A DNA stretch of 43,619 nt. Source: an uncultured Desulfurococcales archaeon. Lineage in GTDB: Archaea; Thermoproteota; Thermoprotei_A; Sulfolobales; Acidilobaceae. The stretch spans positions 7,687-51,305 of the forward strand of contig CAYFFY010000001.1 in NCBI GenBank assembly GCA_964342635.1. The letters are read 5' to 3'. The notes under the pieces are model-generated. The model was not told the origin of the DNA and did not search any database. It was given only the letters and a program-made list of their open reading frames with translations. The position numbers and the translations under genes are program-made. Below, one piece after another: positions 1 through 9,793 of this stretch (positions are counted from its first letter, which is position 1; each line of letters begins with the position of its first letter).

Positions 1-34
1 AAAGTTCTTAATGTGGTGGCCGAGGGCTATCTAG

Positions 35-397
35 GTGCACCTGTTGGAGGAGGTCCAGAAGGCCCGCGTGCTAGAGGTCTCCTCGCTGGCAGACCTGGCG
101 AGGCTCGCCGTAGCGATGCTCTCCTTCGCCGTCCTGCTGCCGATTTACAGGTACCAGGAGAGAGACCAGGAGGTCTACTTCCTGCAGACCACCTACCGGG
201 ACTACTTTAAGTTCTATGGCGTACCCCTTGTATACCTGTACAGGACCAGGCCCCTGGCCGAGCCCGATAAGGCCAAGTACGTGTTGATTAAGGTTGACGA
301 GGGCGGGGAGAGGGTAGAGGTCGGGGACAGGACAAGGCCTGGATGGACATCGATCCCAATAATAACGCTCAAGGAGAAGCCTGACTTTCTGCCCTGA
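35..397 (+). CDS. Conserved-looking crenarchaeal hypothetical protein
   Basis: 120 aa ORF with GTG start and protein-like composition; AT-rich element (CTTAAT) near the window start; no motif recognised. Confidence 0.7.
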   Translation: MHLLEEVQKARVLEVSSLADLARLAVAMLSFAVLLPIYRYQERDQEVYFLQTTYRDYFKFYGVPLVYLYRTRPLAEPDKAKYVLIKVDEGGERVEVGDRTRPGWTSIPIITLKEKPDFLP

Positions 398-722
398 CGC
401 CCTCAGGCCTCACTGTACCATGCGTGGCCCCCCTCCCAAGAGCCTCCTCTATTATGTCACGGAGCTCCCTGCCCCCCTCGACCTCCTGCAACAAGGCCTC
501 CCCGAGCTCGCTGAGCCTGTATATCTTGTAGCTCCCCCTTGAGTACAGCGGCTCGAGGAAGCCCATCTCACTCAGGCACGAGACCAAGGAGAGGGCCTTA
601 TACTTTGGAATCCCCAGCTTCTGCGCCACGTCACCAGGCGACATGGCCTCCGAGTCCTTGAAAGCCTTTATGACGTCTATTACGAGCTCACCCAACGGGG
701 CCACCTTGACTGCGCTAGGCAA
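369..722 (-). CDS. Winged helix-turn-helix protein, probable transcriptional regulator
   Basis: MSPGDVAQKLGIPKYKALSLVSCLSEMGFLE helix-turn-helix followed by wing YRLSELG; divergent from the GH15 gene. Confidence 0.75.
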   Translation of the reverse strand: MPSAVKVAPLGELVIDVIKAFKDSEAMSPGDVAQKLGIPKYKALSLVSCLSEMGFLEPLYSRGSYKIYRLSELGEALLQEVEGGRELRDIIEEALGRGATHGTVRPEGVRAESQASP

Positions 723-764
723 CTCGGCTATTTAGGGGGAGAGCCCTTTAGCGGGCGAGGGGCC

Positions 765-2672
765 TTGAAGGGGTATAGGCTTGGGCTGACACTAATTACA
801 GTTCTCGTCGTCATCCTCGCGATGACCCCCTCACCAAGAGCGTACTGGTCCGGGGAGGACGCGTGGAGCCCCTCGTTCCTCCTGCTGAGCAACTGGGTTA
901 ACGACTCGGCCCTTGTTTACACCGGCGTTCCCATAACGAACGCCACATTCAACGGCCTGAGGAACCTCCCGTTAAGCGTGAGCAACATATACCTCGGACC
1001 CTATGGGATACTGCCGCTTAACCTGACCTTTGATGGGCCATACTCGGAGGACGCGTATCTCACGCTTAACAACACTATTGTCGCTGAGGGCGCCTACGGA
1101 TATGTCGAGGTTATTATGCCGCCTCAGACGCCTTACCTTCTCGTTATAGCCCGCCTGTCATCTCCATTCAACCTGACCCTCGGCCTCACCGGCAGGGCGT
1201 GGCTGATCGATAACCACACCGCGGAGCTTGAGGTCGTGGGGTCAAACTACACCCTGACGGCGTTCCTTTGCTCCAACGCCAGCCTGCTGCCTCTCGAACG
1301 TGGGGTATTAGTCAAGGGCGTTCCTGGACCTTTTTACGTGTCCCTCTCGCTCGGCTCCACCTGCCCTCCTGACGTGTATCAGCTCGTAGAGCTAAACTAT
1401 GAGAGGGTGAGCCGGTGGCTCAGCGAGTCACGCGAGCCCGTAGGGGTCTCATCCGGCCTCGCCGAGGAGTACTTCCTGTCCCTCCTTGTTCTCAAGGACG
1501 ACCAGAACCCCTACCTTGGAACGTTTGCCGCCTCGCCGAGCCCGCTCTACTTATACACGTGGGCCAGGGACTCGTCTTTTGCCGCCATGGCGCTTCAGGC
1601 GGCCGGCCACTACCGCTCTGCCCTTAAGTTCTGGACCTGGATGGCCCAGGCTACCAGGTACGGTGAGGCTTGGTACACGAGGTACAACTTCTACACGGGC
1701 GCCCCTGACGAGAGCTACGCGATCCCTGAGTACGATAGCCTCGGCCTCTTCGAGATAGGCGTCTACGAGTACTATGAGTACACAAAGAACGTCACGTTCC
1801 TTGACTATATGGCCAGGGCGCTCAACGAGACGGCGACGTTTCAGGCCTCCTCAATTATGTCCTCTAGCGTACACCTGATCCCTCAGGACCTAAGCGTATG
1901 GGAGTACAGGACGGCCTACCACTTCTGGACCGAGGCCCTAAACCTGGTAGGCATGTATTACGCCGAGATGGCCTTAAGCGTAGCAGGCTATAACGTCACG
2001 GCGCTTGAGGAGGCTAGCTCCGAGCTTAACCAGAGCATTCAAAGGTACTTCTGGAACGGGTCAGCTTTCTACACTGCAACGGTGCCCTCGGTTCTCTTCA
2101 CCCCCTCAGGCAGGCTGGTAGTCCCACAGCCAGAGGCCCCCTACGTCAGCTCGTCCTCGATTCTCCCCTTAGCGTTAGGCGAAGGCCTGTGGCCCATTAA
2201 CGAGGCCTCAAACGACGTGGGCGTGGTCTTGAGAGGGCTCTGGAGCCCAATGGTAGGGGGCCTGGTTAGGTTCTACGGCGACGCCTACCACTACGATAAT
2301 TACCTATATGATAGCAGTGGGCCGAACCCTCCGTGGGTCCTTACCACGCTTTTCCTTGCATACTATTACGCCGTGAACGGCAACAGCACAGGCGCTGAGC
2401 GATTGTTATCTTGGACTTTGGTCCACTCACAACACGGCCTCCTCCCTGAGGCGGTTGACCCCAACTACGGTAACCCCCTCCCCACCACCTCGCCGCTCAC
2501 GTGGTCCTCAGCTATGTACGTCCTGACGGTCCTCGCCCTATCTAGGCCAAGAAGCGCGGGAACCTACACAGTAGCGGCCGTTAGTGTCATAGTCGCCTTG
2601 CTTGCCGTCACGTACATAATGCAGAGGCTTGGAGCGAGGAGGGTGCGCAGGCTCGAAGTGCCTACCCCATGA
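765..2672 (+). CDS. Secreted, membrane-anchored glycoside hydrolase family 15 (glucoamylase-like)
   Basis: GH15-like motifs AASPS, YTWARD, WEY, LLPEAVD and PLTWSSAMY; N-terminal signal peptide; C-terminal TM helix plus basic tail; many N-x-S/T sequons. Confidence 0.85.
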   Translation: MKGYRLGLTLITVLVVILAMTPSPRAYWSGEDAWSPSFLLLSNWVNDSALVYTGVPITNATFNGLRNLPLSVSNIYLGPYGILPLNLTFDGPYSEDAYLTLNNTIVAEGAYGYVEVIMPPQTPYLLVIARLSSPFNLTLGLTGRAWLIDNHTAELEVVGSNYTLTAFLCSNASLLPLERGVLVKGVPGPFYVSLSLGSTCPPDVYQLVELNYERVSRWLSESREPVGVSSGLAEEYFLSLLVLKDDQNPYLGTFAASPSPLYLYTWARDSSFAAMALQAAGHYRSALKFWTWMAQATRYGEAWYTRYNFYTGAPDESYAIPEYDSLGLFEIGVYEYYEYTKNVTFLDYMARALNETATFQASSIMSSSVHLIPQDLSVWEYRTAYHFWTEALNLVGMYYAEMALSVAGYNVTALEEASSELNQSIQRYFWNGSAFYTATVPSVLFTPSGRLVVPQPEAPYVSSSSILPLALGEGLWPINEASNDVGVVLRGLWSPMVGGLVRFYGDAYHYDNYLYDSSGPNPPWVLTTLFLAYYYAVNGNSTGAERLLSWTLVHSQHGLLPEAVDPNYGNPLPTTSPLTWSSAMYVLTVLALSRPRSAGTYTVAAVSVIVALLAVTYIMQRLGARRVRRLEVPTP

Positions 2673-2739
2673 TCGCAATAAACCTCTGCATCATTGAGGG
2701 AAATAATACCCCCCACTCACGTCTGCAGCGGGAACGTAG

Positions 2740-4134
2740 GTGGAGCACCCGTGGATACCTAACAGCACCCCTCCCGTTAAGTCCGAGATGCTCAAGGTCA
2801 TCGGCGTCGAAGGGCCTGACGAGCTCTTCAAGGACGTCCCGTCCTCCATCCTAATGAACGAGGATCGCTGGAACTCGCTCTCCATAGGTGCGGGCAGGCC
2901 CCTAAGCGAGGTAGAGGTCTCAAGGATCCTCGAGGGGAAGCTGTCAAGGGTCAGACGGCTGAGGGCGCCTCCATTTGCAGGTGGCGGGGTGTGGCCTCAT
3001 TATGTGCCTCCGGTCATCAAGAAGATCGTGGAGAGGGGGGAGTTCCTGACCTCTTACACCCCTTATCAGCCTGAGATAAGCCAAGGACTCCTCCAGGCCC
3101 TCTTTGAGTACCAGAGCCTTATGGCTGACCTGCTAGCTATGGATGTCGTCAACGCTAGCATGTACGACTGGGGCAGCTCCCTTGGTGAGGCTGCCCTGAT
3201 GGCCGTAAGGGTCAAGGGCGTTAAGAGGGTCCTCGTGCCGTCCGTCATCAACCCCTTCCACCTGAGGACACTAGAGGCCTATACCTGGTCCCAGGGGATA
3301 ACGATAGACACGTACTCTGTTAGCCTTGAAACTGGCTACGTTGATCTCGAGGACCTTAAGGCCAAGCTTAGCGGTAAGGCGTCAGCAGTCTACCTTGAGT
3401 TCCCCTATACCTTTACTGGCGTCGTCGACGTGAACGCCGCTGCCATTGGGGAGATAGCCCATGACTTGAGGGCCCTCTACATAGTTGGTGTTAACCCCAT
3501 CGCCATGGGGCTCTACAAGCCGCCGGGAGAGCTAGGAGCTGACGTTGCCATAGGGGATGGACAGCCACTGGGGCTTGGCCTCAACCTGGGCGGCTCCACG
3601 CTCGGGATATTCGCAGTGAAGTGGGATGGCGAGCTCGTGAAGCAGATGCCTGGCAGGCTGATAGGTATGACGACCGACAGCTCTGGTCGTAGGTCCTTTA
3701 CCATGATCCTTCAGACAAGGGAACAGCACATAAGGAGGTCAAAGGCCACCAGTAACATAACGACCAACGCGGCGCTCAACGCAATAGCGGCGGCCGTGTA
3801 CCTGTCGTTGTTGGGAAGGCGCGGTATAAGGGAGCTAGCGGAGTCCATCTGGTACAGGGCGCACTATGCCGCTGAGAGGCTCTCAGGCCTAAGCGGCTTT
3901 ACGTCCCCTGCGCTAAAGGGGGAGTTCTTCGGCGACTTAGTGATCTCGGCACCGATGGACTATGAGGTGGCCTGGAGGAGCGCCCTCAACGCGGGCTACA
4001 TGGCTGGGCTGCCGCTCAGCAAGTACGTCCCCTGGGCCCCAAGGGAGTGGGGCCTGCTCAGCTTCACGGAGGTTCACACAAAAGATGACATAGATTCCCT
4101 GATATCCGTCCTCAGGGAGGTGACGGCTAGTTGA
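2740..4134 (+). CDS. gcvPA: Glycine dehydrogenase (decarboxylating) subunit 1
   Basis: FLTSYTPYQPEISQGLLQALFEYQS, NASMYD, LQTREQHIRRSKATSNI motifs. Confidence 0.96.
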   Translation: MEHPWIPNSTPPVKSEMLKVIGVEGPDELFKDVPSSILMNEDRWNSLSIGAGRPLSEVEVSRILEGKLSRVRRLRAPPFAGGGVWPHYVPPVIKKIVERGEFLTSYTPYQPEISQGLLQALFEYQSLMADLLAMDVVNASMYDWGSSLGEAALMAVRVKGVKRVLVPSVINPFHLRTLEAYTWSQGITIDTYSVSLETGYVDLEDLKAKLSGKASAVYLEFPYTFTGVVDVNAAAIGEIAHDLRALYIVGVNPIAMGLYKPPGELGADVAIGDGQPLGLGLNLGGSTLGIFAVKWDGELVKQMPGRLIGMTTDSSGRRSFTMILQTREQHIRRSKATSNITTNAALNAIAAAVYLSLLGRRGIRELAESIWYRAHYAAERLSGLSGFTSPALKGEFFGDLVISAPMDYEVAWRSALNAGYMAGLPLSKYVPWAPREWGLLSFTEVHTKDDIDSLISVLREVTAS

Positions 4135-5696
4135 ACTTCAGGCAGGCCCGATGGGATGAGCCGCTCATCTACGAGCTTAGCCAGGGGAGGAGGGGGGCCA
4201 CAATTAGCGACACGCCGACAGAGTTGAAGGCCGAGGTGGGCCCCCTCAGCATATCCATGCAGATCGCGAGGGGAGAGGGGCCCCTGCTTCCTGAGGTCAG
4301 CGAGGTTGAGGTGGTCAGGCACTTTACTAGGCTCTCTGAGATGGCATACGGGGTTGACAACGGGCCCGTGCCCCTGGGCAGCTGTACCATGAAGTACAAC
4401 CCTAAGGTCGCCCTTAGGTACGCATTCGACGAAGGCCTGTCAATGCTTCACCCCCTGGAGCCCGAGGAGTACTACCAGGGCGTACTCGAGGCCCTCTACG
4501 AGCTACAGACGTGGCTTGCCGCCATAACGGGCATGGACTTGTGCTCCCTTGGTATCACCGCAGGGGCCCAAGGGGAACTGGCCGGCGCCCTGATAATTAG
4601 AAGGTATCACGACCTTAAGGGCCAGTCCTCAACTAAGACCGAGATCATCGTCCCCGACTCGGCCCACGGAACGAACCCGGCCAGCGCGGCCATGGCAGGC
4701 TTCAAGGTTGTTGAGATACCGACCGCGGAAGACGGCAACATGGACTATGAGGCCTTCAGGGCCGCCCTTGGACCTCAGACCGCCGGGCTCATGTTGACCA
4801 ATCCCTCAACCCTCGGCCTCTTTGAGGAGAGGGTCCTCAACATAGCTAAAGACGTTCACTCAGTCGACGGCCTGCTGTACTACGACGGCGCTAACCTGAA
4901 CGGAATACTTGGAAGGGCTAGGCCCGGCGACATGGGGTTCGATATAGCCCACCTCAACTTGCACAAGACCTTCTCCACGCCTCACGGCGGCGGCGGTCCA
5001 GGGGCTGGGCCGGTTTGCGTTAAGGACCGGGAGGTCAAAGACGGCGTCAGGCTGGCTGACTTGCTGCCTGGCCCGATCGTCTATTATGACAGGGAGTCCG
5101 GGATATACAGGGTCAGGCCCAGCGGCGTAGCGAGCAAGGGGTCCCTTGGGCACTTCCTCGGCAACCTGCCCCAGCTGATCTGGGCCTACGTATACATACT
5201 GTCGCTTGGACCTCAGGGCCTAAGGGAGGCCGGCGAGGTAAGCGTGATAAACACGAACTACTTCGTTGCGAGGGTGTTAAGAGGGGCCTCAGGCTACTCG
5301 CTCCCCTTCGGTTCGGGGAGACCGAGAAAGCATGAGGCTGTCCTGAGCGCGGAGCCCCTTACGCAGGCGACCGGCGTCACAGCCGAGGACGTAAGTAAGG
5401 CGCTCCTCGATGCAGGGCTCTACGCGCCGACCATGTACTTCCCGCTTATCGTTAAGGAAGCGCTGATGTTCGAGTTCACAGAGTCGGAGACTAGGGAGAA
5501 CATTGACCTGTACGTTAACAGGTTAAAGGAGGTTGAGGAGCTAGCACGTAAGGACCCCGCCGCCCTAAAGGGGATGCCCCTAAATACGGCCTCGCAGAGG
5601 GTTGACAACGTGAAGGCTAACCACCCCAGGAGCGTGACGCCCAGCTACAGGGTTGAGAGGCTCAGGTCGATGGGTAGGCAGCTAGTGCTAAGGTGA
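4131..5696 (+). CDS. gcvPB: Glycine dehydrogenase (decarboxylating) subunit 2
   Basis: PLGSCTMKYNP, DSAHGTNPASA and PLP-lysine HLNLHKTFSTPHGGGGPG; 4-bp overlap with gcvPA. Confidence 0.96.
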   Translation: MNFRQARWDEPLIYELSQGRRGATISDTPTELKAEVGPLSISMQIARGEGPLLPEVSEVEVVRHFTRLSEMAYGVDNGPVPLGSCTMKYNPKVALRYAFDEGLSMLHPLEPEEYYQGVLEALYELQTWLAAITGMDLCSLGITAGAQGELAGALIIRRYHDLKGQSSTKTEIIVPDSAHGTNPASAAMAGFKVVEIPTAEDGNMDYEAFRAALGPQTAGLMLTNPSTLGLFEERVLNIAKDVHSVDGLLYYDGANLNGILGRARPGDMGFDIAHLNLHKTFSTPHGGGGPGAGPVCVKDREVKDGVRLADLLPGPIVYYDRESGIYRVRPSGVASKGSLGHFLGNLPQLIWAYVYILSLGPQGLREAGEVSVINTNYFVARVLRGASGYSLPFGSGRPRKHEAVLSAEPLTQATGVTAEDVSKALLDAGLYAPTMYFPLIVKEALMFEFTESETRENIDLYVNRLKEVEELARKDPAALKGMPLNTASQRVDNVKANHPRSVTPSYRVERLRSMGRQLVLR

Positions 5697-5776
5697 GGGT
5701 TCCAAGCACTTTCTCTTACCTCTCAAAATAGGTTCTACGCTTAAAGCCCCGCTTCATCAACGGCTCTAGGGCAGGC

Positions 5777-8194
5777 TTGACCAGCGTCGGCGGGAAGTAC
5801 TTTGCCGTCTTCGGTCACTTTTACCAGCCTCCCCGCTTCAACCCCTGGACCGAGGAGGTTGACCTGGACCCGACCACTAGGCCGTTCCACGACTGGAACG
5901 ACCTGGTGGCCCATGAAAGCTACATAGCCAACGCCAGGGCCAGGCTCGAGGATGAAGAGGGGTTCGTTGAGGACATTGTCAACAACTACTTTAACCTGAG
6001 CTTCAGCTTTGGCCCTCTGCTTCTTCAGTACCTATCTAAACGTTATCCGAGGCTCGTCGAAGCCATAGTGGCGGCCGATAAGGAGAGCGTCGTAAAGCGG
6101 TCAGGCCACGGGAACGCGATTGCGCAGCCCTACTCTCACATCATAATGCCGCTATCAAGGCCTGAGTACAGGAGGGCCTCCATATGGTGGGGGATCAGGT
6201 TCTTCGAGAAGACGTTCGAGAGGGAGCCTGAGGGCTTCTGGCTTCCAGAGGCCGCGGTCGACAATGAGACCCTCAAGATCCTCAAGGACTTCGGGCTGAA
6301 GTTCGTCGTACTGGGGCCTCATCAAATTAAGGGAGTTGTGGGTCCGGACGGGACTAAGATGCCGCTGAGCGAGCAGAGCGCCGACACAAGGATCACCTAT
6401 AAGGCCGTCCTGCCTGACGGCGAGGATATCGACGTGGTCGTCTATAATAAGTGGCTCTCTGGGCTCATTGCCTTCGGTGACCTGCTGAAGAGCGGCGAGC
6501 TCCTGATAAGGAGGACGCTTGAGGCCTACGACGACAGGGCCTCCCCACAGCTAGTGTCAATAGCTGTCGACGGCGAGACCTTTGGCCACCATAAGAGGAG
6601 GGGGGAGGTCGAGCTGGCTCGCGCCTTCAGGCTGGCCGAGTCGTACGGATTACGAGTCACAAACCTGGCCGAGTTTGACCTCTCGATAGCGCCACCCTCG
6701 ACAACGATTGAGATCACTGAGAACACTTCCTGGAGCTGCCCTCACGGGGTTGAAAGGTGGCGAAGCAACTGCGGATGCGGGTCTGAGCTTAGGCCGGGAT
6801 GGACCCAGGAGTGGAGGGCCCCCCTTAGGGAGGCCATTGACCTCTTAGCCGACGAGTCCCTAAAGGCCCTCTACAACATAGGTAAGACGTTATTTGACGA
6901 CCCGGTGAGGGCGCTTCTTGACTACGCTGACGTCGTATTTTCCCGCACGCCCGAGGTCACAAGCGATTACCTCCAGAAGCACCTTATAATAGCGGATAGC
7001 GAGACCTCCAGGAACACTGCCCTCAGGCTTCTCGAGCTGATCCGGCACTCCATGCTGGCCCAGTCAAGCGATGCCTGGTTCTTCGAGGACATAGCGAGGC
7101 CTGAGCCCGTACAGGCCCTTCAGCACGCAAGGAGGGCAGTCGAGCTCCTGAGGTCTATAGGCGGCCCTGACATCGAGCCTAAGCTGCTCGACGTGCTCTC
7201 GAGGGCCAAGTCAAACGTGCCGCAGGAAGGCACTGGGAGGGACCTATACCTGAGACATGCCGTCACCTCCTCGATAAGCCCTGAGAGGCTCGCCGCTATG
7301 CTTGCTATGAGGCTCCTCTTCGAATCGATGCCGCAGGAGTTCGACTTCTACTCATATAGGGTCGTACTTGAGAGCGTGCTTCCACTTAGACTTGGAAGGT
7401 TCAGGGCCGTCTCAGGCCTGGCAACTATGATATCAAAGGTCACGTGGAGCCACTACAGGGTCATGTTCGCGGCGGTCTACTACGGCTGGTACAACATATA
7501 CGGCGCTGCGGGCGCTGTCAGGTCGACGAAGGACTACGAGGAGCTAGAGAATGCCGTGTCTTCCATGTTCTCTAACGGCATGATACCGGACCTCGTCGAC
7601 TACCTCGGCAAGAAACTTGACGGGAACATCATAGACGTCAGGGGCACCCTTAAGGACGAGCAGAAGAACGTAATCTGGCACGTGGCGGAGGGCGCGATAA
7701 CTGACCTGACAAGGCAGTTCGACTCCCTCTACGAGAGCTACGCGCCGCTGATGTATTACATCAGGGGCCTCGGGCTGAACTACCCCAGGGTCTTCGAGCA
7801 CCTGCTTGAGTACTTCATAGAGAAGTCCCTCATGCAGTCTCTGACCACGAAGCCCCTCAACTCGGCCCTCGTACTCGAGCTCGCAAAGTGGGCCTCGTCC
7901 TCAGGGGTTCGCGTAGGGGCCGAGGTGTCTATGCACTTTAAGGCCGCCTTGCTCGAGACGCTGGGCTCGCTTAGGGAGAGGCCAACGGATCAGCAGGCCC
8001 TGGATGACATGGAGTCGCTACTCAGGGCATACCTGGGGGTCGGCCTGCCTATTGACCTCCTGGACGAGGTCCAAGAGGCCTTTATAGACCTGAGGAACAA
8101 CGTCCTCGCGGGGCGGGCTGACGAGCTCAGGTCCACGGGGCTTGACAACAAATATAAGTCTGTCGCGATGCTGCTCAGGGTAAAGTTCCCCTAG
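5777..8194 (+). CDS. Glycoside hydrolase family 57 protein with DUF3536-type C-terminal region
   Basis: GHFYQPPR.NPW, GFWLPEAAVD (nucleophile Glu), DGETFGHH, SWSCPHGVERW..NCGC, SDAWFFED. Confidence 0.88.
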   Translation: MTSVGGKYFAVFGHFYQPPRFNPWTEEVDLDPTTRPFHDWNDLVAHESYIANARARLEDEEGFVEDIVNNYFNLSFSFGPLLLQYLSKRYPRLVEAIVAADKESVVKRSGHGNAIAQPYSHIIMPLSRPEYRRASIWWGIRFFEKTFEREPEGFWLPEAAVDNETLKILKDFGLKFVVLGPHQIKGVVGPDGTKMPLSEQSADTRITYKAVLPDGEDIDVVVYNKWLSGLIAFGDLLKSGELLIRRTLEAYDDRASPQLVSIAVDGETFGHHKRRGEVELARAFRLAESYGLRVTNLAEFDLSIAPPSTTIEITENTSWSCPHGVERWRSNCGCGSELRPGWTQEWRAPLREAIDLLADESLKALYNIGKTLFDDPVRALLDYADVVFSRTPEVTSDYLQKHLIIADSETSRNTALRLLELIRHSMLAQSSDAWFFEDIARPEPVQALQHARRAVELLRSIGGPDIEPKLLDVLSRAKSNVPQEGTGRDLYLRHAVTSSISPERLAAMLAMRLLFESMPQEFDFYSYRVVLESVLPLRLGRFRAVSGLATMISKVTWSHYRVMFAAVYYGWYNIYGAAGAVRSTKDYEELENAVSSMFSNGMIPDLVDYLGKKLDGNIIDVRGTLKDEQKNVIWHVAEGAITDLTRQFDSLYESYAPLMYYIRGLGLNYPRVFEHLLEYFIEKSLMQSLTTKPLNSALVLELAKWASSSGVRVGAEVSMHFKAALLETLGSLRERPTDQQALDDMESLLRAYLGVGLPIDLLDEVQEAFIDLRNNVLAGRADELRSTGLDNKYKSVAMLLRVKFP

Positions 8195-8702
8195 CGCCAA
8201 GGAACTCTATGAGCCTCTTAGCAATCCTCAGTGATAGGCCCCAAAGCACAAGCTTAGGACCTAGCACGATTCCCTCCACTTGACCCCTTATGGGGTGCGT
8301 GACGCTCGTCGGCCTCCGTAACCTGTCAATCTTGACCCAGAAGACCGCGTCAACTTCGGGGTCTACCGGCCTGGGGTCGACGGGCCCTCTCAGCAGGCCG
8401 AGGACCGCCTCGGTATAGATGACTGGCCGGGAGACGGTGTGAAACAGGCCCAGGCTGCCAATCACGTGAACTGCCCTGGGCGGCACCCAGGCCTCCTCCC
8501 AGGCCTCCCTGAGCGCGGTCTCTGTAGGCGTCTCACCGGGGGCTATGCGCCCCCCTGGGAACGCCACGTCGCACGTGAACCTGCGGGACCCAGCGCAGGA
8601 CTTCCTCTCAAGAAGTACGTGTTGCGCCGTCCCAGCTACAAGCACTAGCACAGCTGCCTCAGGCCTTTGCTGTTCCAATGCCTTGCCAAGCGTTGACATC
8701 AT
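8175..8702 (-). CDS. Nudix hydrolase (CoA pyrophosphatase-like); true start may be a downstream TTG near 8678
   Basis: VAFPGG...ETPTETALREAWEE Nudix box; AAVLV at N-terminus and LWGLS near C-terminus as in the CoAse subfamily. Confidence 0.85.
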   Translation of the reverse strand: MMSTLGKALEQQRPEAAVLVLVAGTAQHVLLERKSCAGSRRFTCDVAFPGGRIAPGETPTETALREAWEEAWVPPRAVHVIGSLGLFHTVSRPVIYTEAVLGLLRGPVDPRPVDPEVDAVFWVKIDRLRRPTSVTHPIRGQVEGIVLGPKLVLWGLSLRIAKRLIEFLGARGTLP

Positions 8703-8722
8703 GCGCTTAAATTAATAAGCGC
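8703..8722. promoter_or_regulatory. Palindromic AT-rich element in the divergent Nudix/ttuA promoter
   Basis: GCGCTTA-AATTAA-TAAGCGC (7-6-7 inverted repeat) containing TATA-like TTAAAT/TTAATA, about 33 bp before the ttuA start. Confidence 0.55.
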
Positions 8723-8754
8723 TAGCGATGTGAGATGTCTAACGACCCAAAGGC

Positions 8755-9777
8755 TTGACCAGGACCTGTGACAGGTGCGGCGTCAGGCCTGCCGTGATGT
8801 TTCAGCCGCACACCGGTAGGGCGCTGTGTCTAGACTGCTTCGTTGAGGACGTAATCTCAAGGGTAAAGGCCGAGGTCGAGAGGTGGTCGATGATAGCCCC
8901 TGGGGACACGCTGCTCCTAGCCCTAAGTGGCGGCAAGGACGGATACGTGCTGCTCGAGTCGATGGTCAGAATACATAGGCCAAGCAAGATCATCGGCCTA
9001 AACATAGTCGAGGGCATTATGGGCTACAACAAGGAAGAGGACGCCAAGTTCCTGGTGCAGACGGCCAAACAGATGGGCGTTGACGTAATTGTCACGAGCG
9101 TCAAGGACTACACTGGTATGAGCATTGACGAGATGGTCTCTGAGGCGAGCCGTAGAGGAACCGGCATCTCCGCATGCACCTATTGCGGGCTGGCGAGGCG
9201 TAGGATAATGAACTGGTTTGCCAGGGAGCTAGGCGCTGACAAGCTTGTGACCGCCCACAATCTCGACGACGAGTCTCAGACGGCTGTCATTAGCCTCCTA
9301 AGAGGCGATCTTGAGAGCCTGCTCAGGCAGCACCCGGCCGCGAGGGTTGTCGAGGACCCCCTGCTGGTCAGGAGGGTCAAGCCCCTCAGGAAAATCTACG
9401 AGTGGGAGACCGCTGCCTTCGTTAGGCTCAGGGGATATCACATACAGGAGACCGAGTGCCCTTACATATATCAGCTCCCTACGCTTAGGGCAAGGGTTAG
9501 GAGGGCCCTCTACTCCTATGAGGCCGAGCACCCCGGTTCCCTGCTCAGGTTCCTTGAGTCACTTGACGATCTCCTCCTGCCCAAGGCCCTGACCACGAGC
9601 CCCGTCCGAGGCCTCGGCAGGTGCGAGGTCTGCGGCGAGCCAGTACCGCAAGGTAAGAGGCTCTGTAAGATGTGCGAGCTCCTTGCAGGCCTCGGTGTCT
9701 CAAGGCCAAGGTATGCTGACGCCGCCAAGGTCGTCAGGCTCGGTGTGAGCCTTGGAGGACTGCACGAGAGGAGTTAG
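8755..9777 (+). CDS. ttuA: TtuA/Ncs6-family tRNA 2-thiolation protein (PP-loop)
   Basis: N-terminal CxxC...CxxC, PP-loop SGGKDG, CTYCG..RR, AHNLDDE.QT, ECPY, C-terminal CxxC...CxxC. Confidence 0.88.
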   Translation: MTRTCDRCGVRPAVMFQPHTGRALCLDCFVEDVISRVKAEVERWSMIAPGDTLLLALSGGKDGYVLLESMVRIHRPSKIIGLNIVEGIMGYNKEEDAKFLVQTAKQMGVDVIVTSVKDYTGMSIDEMVSEASRRGTGISACTYCGLARRRIMNWFARELGADKLVTAHNLDDESQTAVISLLRGDLESLLRQHPAARVVEDPLLVRRVKPLRKIYEWETAAFVRLRGYHIQETECPYIYQLPTLRARVRRALYSYEAEHPGSLLRFLESLDDLLLPKALTTSPVRGLGRCEVCGEPVPQGKRLCKMCELLAGLGVSRPRYADAAKVVRLGVSLGGLHERS

Positions 9778-9793
9778 GAAGGGCCCCCTGGTA

